This document shows positions 54,758-64,000 of a stretch of 64,000 nt of DNA, in pieces (positions within the stretch are counted from its first letter, which is position 1; the number at the start of each line of letters is the position of its first letter). The translations under genes and the position numbers were made by a program. Source of the stretch: Anaeramoeba ignava BMAN (taxonomy: Eukaryota; Protista; Anaeramoebae); contig JAPDFW010000059.1 of the NCBI GenBank assembly GCA_028826165.1, positions 1 through 64,000 on the forward strand, in the 5' to 3' direction. The notes under the pieces are model-generated. The model worked only from the letters and a program-made list of their open reading frames with translations, had not been told where the DNA came from and made no database searches.

Positions 54758-57263
54758 ATGTCAGAAGAAGAAAGAAAGATTTATCAAGTTACTGAAGGGA
54801 CACCAATTTATTTTCTTGGTGCAAAAAATTCATTTGACCAATTACCAAATAATGAGAAATTTTATGCTTATTATATTAGTCAAGTGAAAAATAAAATATA
54901 AATATAAAAAAATTTGTTTTCTTTTATTTAATTTTTTATTTAATTTTTTAATTAGGCTTCTTGGTTCGCAGCAATAATTTCAATGTATCAAACTTCATTG
55001 GAATCACCTTATATTTTCTCAATAATTCTTGAACTTTTCAAAGAAGAAAAACCAGAAGATTTAAAAAAAAGTAGTGGAGTTGATGAGAAAGTTTTTCAAG
55101 GATTTATGGATTACCTTGCAGTATTTCTTGGGAATATGGGCAATTACAGAGGATTTGGAGACCAAAAAATTGTGCCAAGAATTACCGAAGAAGAATTCAG
55201 TAAAATCATTTCTTCATCAACAAAGAAAGATGTTGTTATTCCGCTTTATGAGAAAGTTAAGGATCGAATTTTCTCACTTTCCGATGAAGAAAAAACACTT
55301 GGTTTCCCAGGAGAAGGGATTTCAACTTATTACTCGCCAAATATTCGCAAACCAGATATTGAATTGGCACAGAAATTTCTTGATTCAATTAAGTTAATGC
55401 CAAATACAACTCGACTTTTCAAGAATGATGAAGATGGATCTTTTATCATCAAAATGGCTTCAGTTGAAAAGCAAGAAGAAAAGACTTTTACTTTTGAAGA
55501 AAAGAAATTTATTCTTCGCTATGGAGATTATTCATATCTTTTGAAAAAAATGGCTGAAAATCTTACAAAAGCAATTGATTATGCATCCAATGAAACTGAG
55601 AAGAAAATGCTTGCTGCTTATGCTCGTCATTTTACAGTTGGGAATATTGAGGATTTTGCTGAAAGTCAATATGAATGGGTTAAAGATAAATCACCAAATG
55701 TTGAAACTAATATTGGGTTTATTGAGAGTTACAGAGATCCTGTAAAAAAATTTTCAAATTATAATTTCAAAATTAATTTTAATTTTAATTTCAATTTTAT
55801 TAGATGGGTGTTCGTTGTGAATCAGAAGGTTGGGTTGCTTGTGTAGATCTTGAACAAAGCAAAAAATTTGCTAATTTAGTCGCTAAAGCAACTGAACTTA
55901 TTCCAAATTTACCTTGGCCAAAAGATTTTGAACTTGAAACATTTCTTGCTCCAGATTTTACCTCAATTGTAATAAATACAAATATATAAATATAAATATA
56001 AACATATTTTTTAAAATTATTATTATTATAGAATGTTTTGACTTTTGGAGGATCTGGTGTTCCTTTAGGAATTAATGTTCCAAATGTAACTAAAAAATTT
56101 TTTTTTAAAAATTAAAACAAAATTTGATTATTTATATTATTCTTCTTTTCAAAATTTTTCAATTTTTTGTTTTAGTTACCTTGGAGAGATCGTGGATTTA
56201 AGGTTTGTGATAATTTTATTTTTCATTTTCTTTTCCAAAGAAAAAACAACAAAACACAATTTAATCATTTTTTTTTTCGAAATAGAATGTAAATCTTCAA
56301 AATGTTCTTTTATCAAGAGTAACAGATAAAGTAAGTTTTCTGAATAAAGAAGATGAAGAGTTAGCAATTAAGTATTTTGTTGGTTCATTTGAAGTTCAAG
56401 GTAAAAAGAACCATTTATATTTCAAATATTTCAAATATTTATATTTATATTTATATTTATAAAAATTATTAGTTGGTCTTCATGAATTACTTGGTCATGG
56501 AACAGGAAAACTTCTTATGGAAAATCCAGATGGAAGTCTTAATTTTGATCCCAAAGCAATTGATCCCACAACAGGAAAACCAATTGCAAAATGGTATAAA
56601 CCAGGTGAAACTTATGATGGCAAATTCACAACACTTGCATCATCTATGGAAGAATGCCGAGCAGAAAGTGTTGGATTGTTTTTGTGTGTAAATGATGATG
56701 TTCTGAGAATATTCGGGTTTAATGATGAAAAAGAAAAGCAGAATGTGATCTATATAAATTGGCTCTGGCTTTTACGATCTTCTGTAATTGGAATTGAGCA
56801 TTATAGTCCGGAACAAAAACTATGGAAGCAAGCTCATTGTTGTGCACGATTTGCCATTTTGAGAAAGGTTATGGAAGCTGGAATTATCAAGATTGTGTTG
56901 AATGAAAAAGAGGATAATATGACTATTGAATTAGATCGTGATCAAATTTTATCAAAAGGTGTTCAAGCTATGCATGATTTATTGATGCATATTAATGTCT
57001 ATAAATCAACTGGAAACTATCAAGATGCTAAGGAGATGTTTGACAAACTTATTTTTGTTGATGATTTCTTTCTTAAAGTTCGCAAGATTGTTATGTTGCA
57101 TAAGACTCCTAGACCAATTTATATTCAATCCAATTTCAAAATTGAAAATGATCAAAAGACTATTGATGTTATTGAATATGAGAAAACAACTGATGGGATG
57201 ATTCAAAGTTTTATTGAGAGATTTAAAGATTTTAGCATGGAGTATTTAGATGGAGAATTTTAA
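54758..57263 (+). CDS. DPP3: Dipeptidyl peptidase III (M49); introns 54884-54955, 55742-55803, 55969-56031, 56086-56175, 56203-56285, 56401-56472
   Basis: HELLGH zinc motif, EECRAE, ETNIGFIESYRDP, GNYRGFGDQK. Confidence 0.95.
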
Positions 57264-58345
57264 AAATCAATTTTACTTTACAATTTAAAAATCTATTTCA
57301 ATTTACAAATTTAAAAATCAATTTAAAAATCAATTTAAAAATCAATTTAATTTACAATCAATTTAAAAATCAATTTAAAAATCAATTTTACAATTTAAAA
57401 TCTATTTAAAAATCAATTTAAAAATCAATTTAAAAATCAATTTAAAAATCAATTTAAAAATCAATTTAAAAATCAATTTAAAAATCAATTTAAAAATCAA
57501 TTTAAAAATCAATTTAAAAATCAATTTAAAAAATCAATTTAAAAATCAATTTAAAAATCAATTTAAAAATCAATTTAAAAATCAATTTAAATTTAAAAAT
57601 CAATTTAAAAATCAATTTAAAAATCAATTTAAAAATCAATTTAAAAATCAATTTAAAAATCAATTTAAAAATCAATTTAAAAATCAATTTAAAAATCAAT
57701 TTAAAAATCAATTTAAAAATCAATTTACTTTAAAAATCTATTCAAAAATCAATTTAAAAATCAATTTAAAAATCAATTTAAAAATCAATTTAAAAATCAA
57801 TTTAATTTACAAATTTAAAAATCAATTTACTTTAAAAATCTATTTAAAAATCAATTCAAAAATCAATTCAAAAATCTATTTAAAAATCAATTTAATTTAC
57901 AATTTAAAATCAATTTAAAAATTCAAAAATCTATTTACAATTTAATTTACAATTTAAAAATCAATTTAAAAATCAATTTAAAAATCAATTTAAAAATCTA
58001 TTTAAAAATCAATTTAAAAATCAATTTAAAAATCAATTTAAAAATCAATTTAAAAATCTATTTAAAAATCTATTTAAAAATCAATTTAAAAATTAATTTA
58101 CAATTTAAAAATCAATTTAAAAATCAATTTAAATTTAAAAATCAATTTAAAAATTAATTTAAAAATCAATTTAAAAATCAATTTACAAATCAATTTACTT
58201 TAAAAATCTATTTACAATTTAAATTTCAAAATCAATTTACAAATCAATTTACTTTAAAAATCTATTTACAAATTTAAATTTCAATTTAAAAATCAATTTA
58301 AATTTTAAAATCAATTTAAATTACAATTTAAAAATCAATTTTAAA
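57264..58345. repeat. (AAAAATCAATTT)n 12-mer array starting at the DPP3 stop
   Basis: Long perfect runs, ~1.1 kb. Confidence 0.95.
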
Positions 58346-58410
58346 AAAAAAAGAATAAAAAAATTTTTTTCGATTTTCCAATTTTTCATTTTTTCATTTT
58401 TTTTTTGTTA

Positions 58411-58511
58411 ATGAATATAAGAACATCTTTAAGTGTTGGAAATCATTCTCTAATTTCAAATTCTTTTATAGGTAATTCTAATAATAATAATAATAATTTT
58501 ATTTTTTATTT

Positions 58512-58548
<37 letters not shown>

Positions 58549-59916
58549 ATTTATTTTTTAGAAAAGAAAATCCTTTTTTTATTCACAAAATATCCTTTTT
58601 CTTCGTTAAAAAAGAAAACCAAAACTTTTCCAAAAACAATTTTAACAAAAACATTTCAAACAAAAATTCCGAATATAAAAGAAAGAATAAAACCAATAAT
58701 AAAAATAAAAAACATAAACAGCATACTAACAAAAGAATGCAAACAAGTACGTTTCTACACAAGCGCGCCAACACCACCAAAAAGCTTGTATGAAATACTC
58801 GGAGTTTCCAAAAACGCAACAAAAGAAGAAATCAAAGATAAATATTATGAACTTGTCAAAAAAAATCATCCCGATATTCAAAAAACAGAAAAAGATAAAA
58901 AATTAGCGGCTGAAAAACTAGCGGAAATAAATAACGCTTTCGAGATTTTAGGCAACGATGAAAAACGGCAGAATTATGACATGGAACAATCACAATCACA
59001 TTCAAAATTTGGATTTGGATTTGGTGCAAACCAAGACATATTTTCAGGATTCAACGATTTTTTCCGCTCCTTTACAGGACAAGCCCATACAGGCACATCG
59101 AACACAGCATACGGTCATGCGAACGAGACGGGTCGGCGCGGAGAGGATATCCGAGTTAGGCTTGAAGTTGATTTTATGGAGGCTGTCAAAGGTTGCACAA
59201 AAGAAATCCGTTATCCGCGAAATATTCGGTGCGAAAAATGCATCGGTACAGGGTCCGAACCCGGGACAAAAGTAACAAAATGTGACACTTGCAAAGGGAC
59301 GGGATATGTTGTTGGATCAAACGGAGTTTTTCACTATCAATCACCGTGCAATGTGTGTCACGGAACAGGAAAGAAAATTGAAAAGTACTGTTCGAAATGC
59401 AAAGGCACAGGGTTATTTACTTCCAAAGAAACACTTTCACTACAAATTCCGCAGGGTATCGACAGCAACCAAGCGATACCATTTGCGCAGAAGGGGAACC
59501 AAGGAATTCAAGGCGGGGAGGCTGGAGATTTGTATGTTATCATCTCGGTTCGCGATCATCCAGTATTTGTTCGTGTCAATTACGATCTCCATATACAAGT
59601 TCCCCTGAATATCTCACAAGCTATTCTGGGCTCGAAAATATCAATACCAACTCTTGATAAGGATGCTTTAGTTAACACACCTCCTGGTGTTCAAGACGGT
59701 TCCATTAATATCCTTAAAGGAAAAGGTATTACTGGTAGAGCTTCTAATCCTTTTAATTCTTCTTATTTCGTTACTGGTGACTTGATTATTCATTATAAAG
59801 TTAATATTCCTTCTCATTTGTCAAAAGAACAAAAAGATTTAATTGAGAAATTCTCTCGTTTTGAAAAGAAAGAAACTCCAAAAGCAACTGAAGAATTTAG
59901 AAGAAAATTTCAATAA
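58411..59916 (+). CDS. Type-I DnaJ of mitochondrial type (Mdj1/Tid1-like) with N-terminal presequence; intron 58472-58561
   Basis: J domain (HPD), G/F region, four CxxCxGxG motifs, C-terminal domain; basic, acid-poor leader ending VRFYTS. Confidence 0.9.
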
Positions 59917-60154
59917 TCCTTTTTAGAAAAAAAACAGAACATTTTAAATAACAAAATTTCAAATAGAATAAAAAATAAAAAATAAAATAAAAAAGAAAGA
60001 AAGAGAAAATAAGGAATTTATTTCAGAGATTAAATTTTTCAATGTGATTAAAAATTTAATAAAATCTCAAAAATTATTCCAAAAAAAAAAAAAAAAAGAT
60101 TTTTTTGATTCAAAAATATTGAAAGAAATAAAAAGAAAATAAAAGAAATTCGAA

Positions 60155-63100
60155 TCAAATAATTAAGCAGCAACCGACTTCTTGATTTGTTGATTTTTGA
60201 TTTGGAAGAGGAGGAGGATGCAAAGTTCTTGGAGGCCAAGTACCGTTATCAGTTTGAAATTTTGGAGGAGAATCTCTTTCCATTAAAACTCCTTTTTGTT
60301 TCAAGATTTGATACTCTTGATTGCATTGTGGAAGTAAATCTTTGTACCATTTTGCTGTTCCTCCTTTTCCTACTGCGTTGACTGCCCAATTTCCTTGTTT
60401 GTTGCGATAAATTGCGCACATGATGAATCCTGTGTAATGTGAGTTTGATGGATTGTCTGAAATGTTGTAATGTGCAACAACTGTGTTTGTTGAGAGATCA
60501 ACTAATCGAACAAATGCATTTCTTACAAATCCAAAATGTTCTCCTGAATATGATGTTACTGTAAAAAGGAGGCAATTTACATTGTTTTTCATTCTACTGA
60601 GGTCGACAAAAAGGATTTCGTCATCTTTTATTATTTATTTTAATATTTTTATTTTGATATTTATATTTTAATATTTATATTTTAATATTTATATTTTGAA
60701 TATTTATATTTTAATATTTATATTTTAATATTTATATTTTAATATTAATATTTTATTATTTATATTTTAATATTTATATTTGAATATTTATATTTTGAAT
60801 ATTTATATTTTAATATTTATATTTTAATATTTATATTTGAATATTTATATTTTAATATTTATATTTTAATATTTATATTTTTTAATATTTATTTTTTGAA
60901 TATTTATTTTTTTTATTTTATTTTAATATTTTTATTTTTAATATTTATATTTTTAATATTTATATTTTTATTTTAATATTTTATATTTTTAATATTTATA
61001 TTTTTAATATTTATTATTTTTAATATTTATATTTTTAATATTTATATTTTAATATTTATATTTAATATTATATTTGATTTTTATTCGGTTATTTACCTCC
61101 ATCTCCTTTATGTTAGACATTACCTTGGATATTATAAAGGATACAATTTGCATCTAAATCAATATCACCATGACCTTTTGCAACATCCCAACCTCTTTAA
61201 TAAATTTAATTAAAACACGAAATATTTATTTTCAATATTTATTTTAAATATTTATATTTTCAATATTTTTATTTAAATATTTATTTTAAATATTTATTTT
61301 TAATATTTTATTTTCAATATTTATTTGAATATTTATTTTCAATATTTATATTTTAATATTATTATTTCAATATTTTATTTTGAATATTTATTTTGAAATC
61401 AAATATAAAATTTTTTATTTTTACAATCCAACAAAAATTTTAATATTTTAATTTCACCTTTTTAAAATTTGTTGGATCAATAATTATATTTGTGTGGTAA
61501 AATTTATTCTTCCTTTTTTGACCAATATTTATTTTGATCACTTTATTTATATTTAAAATCAATCAAATATTTTCAATTTTTATTTTTTTATTATTATTCG
61601 ATTTTATATTTTAAAATATTTATATTTTTAATATTTATATTTTAATATTTATATTTTAATATTATTATTTGATTTTTATTCGGTTATTTACCTCCATCTC
61701 CTTCTCCTGTTAGATTATCACCACTATGAACAACTGCTCGATTCATTGATGTTAAATTACGATAAAAAATTGCTTCCTCAACATTACCTTGGATATTATA
61801 AAGGATACAATTTGCATCTAAATCAATATCACCATGACCTTTTGCAACATCCCAACCTCTTTAATAAATTTAATTAAAACACGAAATATTTATTTTCAAT
61901 ATTTATTATTTATTTTCAATATTTTTATTTAAATATTTATTTTAAATATTTATTTTGAATATTTATTTTAAATATTTAATTTAATTTGAATATTTATATT
62001 TTTGAAAATTTATTTTAAAAATATTAAATTTTAAAATATTTATTTAAAATTGAATTTATTTTAAATATTTATTTTCAATATTTATTTTGAATATTTATTT
62101 TAAATATTTATATTTGAATATTTATTTTAAATATTTATATTTTCAATATTTATTTGAATATTTATTTGAATATTTATTTGAATATTTATATTTTGAATAT
62201 TTATATTTTGAATATTTATATTGAATATTTATTTTGAATATTTATTTTGAAATCAAATATAAAAGTTTCTAAAAATTAATTACAATCCAACAAAAAATTT
62301 TGAAGCAGTTGGACTAAGATGCATAATTTCACCTTTTCTTAAAATTGGAAAAGGTGGTGTTGGATCAATAATTATATCAGGCATAACATCACGAAGACAA
62401 TTTTGAGCTTGTGGTAAAATATCAGCAAAAGTTCTTCCTTTTGCACCTTGACCAATACAATGAACAACCCATTGATTTCCATCACTTTCTTTACATTTAA
62501 AAATCAATCAAAAAAAAAATTTGTCACTTTTTATTTTTTTTGTTATTTCTTGGATTCGATTTTTTTAATTACCAATATCTCTGTAAATTTTAATCATAAT
62601 TAAAGCAGTGTTATCTCCTTGCATCCCAAGACTAATTTCTGTAATAATGTTGTTTGTTTGTCTATCTTTTAATCTTGCTTCTGCTGTCTCCACAGTCACT
62701 AGAAATTTTTGATTTTGAATTCAATTTTTGATTTTGATTTTGAATTTAATTTTTAATTTTTAATTTTGATTTAATTTTGATTTAATTTTGAATTAATTTT
62801 GATTTAATTTTTAATTTTTGATTTAATTTTGATTTAATTTTGATTTAATTTTGATTTAATTTTGATTTAATTTTGAATTTAATTTTGAATTTAATTTTGA
62901 ATTTAATTTTTGATTTTGAATTCGATTTTGAATTTAATTTTTAATTTTTGATTTAATTTTGATTTAATTTTTGATTTAATTTTGAATTTAATTTTGATTT
63001 AATTTTGAATTTAATTTTGAATTTAATTTTGAATTTAATTTTACTTAATGGCTCGCCAGTATAACTTTTAAGAACAACTACTAATGCATTTTGATTTTAA

Positions 63101-64000
63101 AATGAAAGTTTGGGTAAATCAATATGAATTACTTCATCATCTCCCTCTCCATCACTAATTAAAATTGAATTTAAAATTGAATTTAAAATTGGATTTAAAA
63201 TTGAATTTAAAATTGAATTTAAAATTGAAATTAAAATTGGATTTAAAATTGTATTTAAAATTGGATTTAAAATTGGATTTAAAATTGGATTTAAAATTGA
63301 ATTTAAAATTGGATTTAAAATTGGATTTAAAATTAAATTTAAAATTGAAATTAAAATTGAATTTAAAATTGGATTTAAAATTGGATTTAAAATTGAATTT
63401 AAAATTGAATTTAAAATTGAATTTAAAATTGAATTTAAAATTGAATTGAATTTAAAATTGAATTTAAAATTGAATTTAAAATTGAATTTAAAATTGGATT
63501 TAAAATTGGATTTAAAATTGAAATTAAAATTGGATTTAAAATTAAAATTGGAATTAAAATTGGATTTAAAATTGGATTTAAAATTGAATTTAAAATTGAA
63601 TTTAAAATTGGATTTAAAATTGAAAGTAAATTCCATTATCATTCTGAATTTGATTTAAATTTGTAATTTGAATTTGTAGTTAATATTAAGAATGAATTTA
63701 ATATGACCAACAAAAATCAATCTCCCCCAAAAAAAAAACAAAAAACAAAAAAGAGAAAAAACGAAAAACAAAGAAAAGAAAAAAGAAGAAAAACAAATAC
63801 CCAATAACAGCATCTCCTTGATGGATAACTGAACCATCATTTGATTGAAGTTTTCCATAATAAACCACATCAGAAATTTTTCCAGAAAAATCAAACATAA
63901 TTATAGAAGCATCTAAATCAACATCAATTCCAGTTTGTGTGCTTGACCATCCCAATCCAACTTCTAATTGTGTTAATGTTTTGGGAAGTGTATACTTTTG
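60155..64000 (-). CDS. Tandem TerD-domain protein with C-terminal CaaX, 5'-truncated; exons >64000-63801, 63154-63045, 62698-62573, 62488-62284, 61858-61692, 60624-60155
   Basis: Two TerD repeats: VGLGWS..DVDLDASIIMF..HQGDAVIGDGEGDDEVIHIDL and VGLGWD..DIDLDANC..HSGDNLTGEGDGDDEILFVDL; ends GCCLII. One in-frame TAA near 63097 among homopolymers. Confidence 0.85.

Noticed and set aside
61075-61600. Ghost copies of TerD exons inside an intron (alternative exons)
   Set aside because: Deletion-riddled but otherwise near-identical duplicate of 61675-62560, typical of a mis-polished consensus.
63095-63101. In-frame TAA suggesting stop-codon reassignment
   Set aside because: Most genes here end in TAA and long ORFs lack internal stops; the site lies among homopolymers.

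Overview
Very AT-rich, gene-dense eukaryotic (protist) genomic DNA with the standard genetic code and GT-AG spliceosomal introns. About 21 genes can be supported: a BEACH-WD40 3' end, DDX56/Dbp9, BTB-BACK-TLDc, ABI, a 7x FG-GAP/FN3 type-I membrane protein, actin, four RCC1-BTB genes, an RGS-DH-PH-MORN protein, a PX-BAR sorting nexin, WDR41, Kelch-BTB-BTB, Ran, LRR-PP2C, a PAH-domain protein, a bZIP factor, DNAJC11, DPP3, a mitochondrial-type DnaJ and a tandem TerD-CaaX protein. BTB/RCC1 expansion, poly-(EN/QN) coding tracts and TCATT motifs before ATGs suggest an anaerobic metamonad amoeba such as Anaeramoeba; this is an inference, not a database result. Introns and intergenic gaps are filled with short tandem repeats. 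Many genes carry single-base frameshifts, mostly in homopolymers, which look like long-read consensus errors. The best leads are: (1) near-identical RCC1-BTB paralogs whose differences cluster in propeller loops in a mosaic pattern, like a diversifying receptor repertoire; (2) an integrin-alpha-like surface protein with variable loops, bracketed by direct copies of a ~143-bp AT-rich repeat element; (3) tandem initiator-like motifs before most ATGs; (4) one interrupting motif shared by the microsatellite introns of unrelated genes. Exon boundaries were read by eye.
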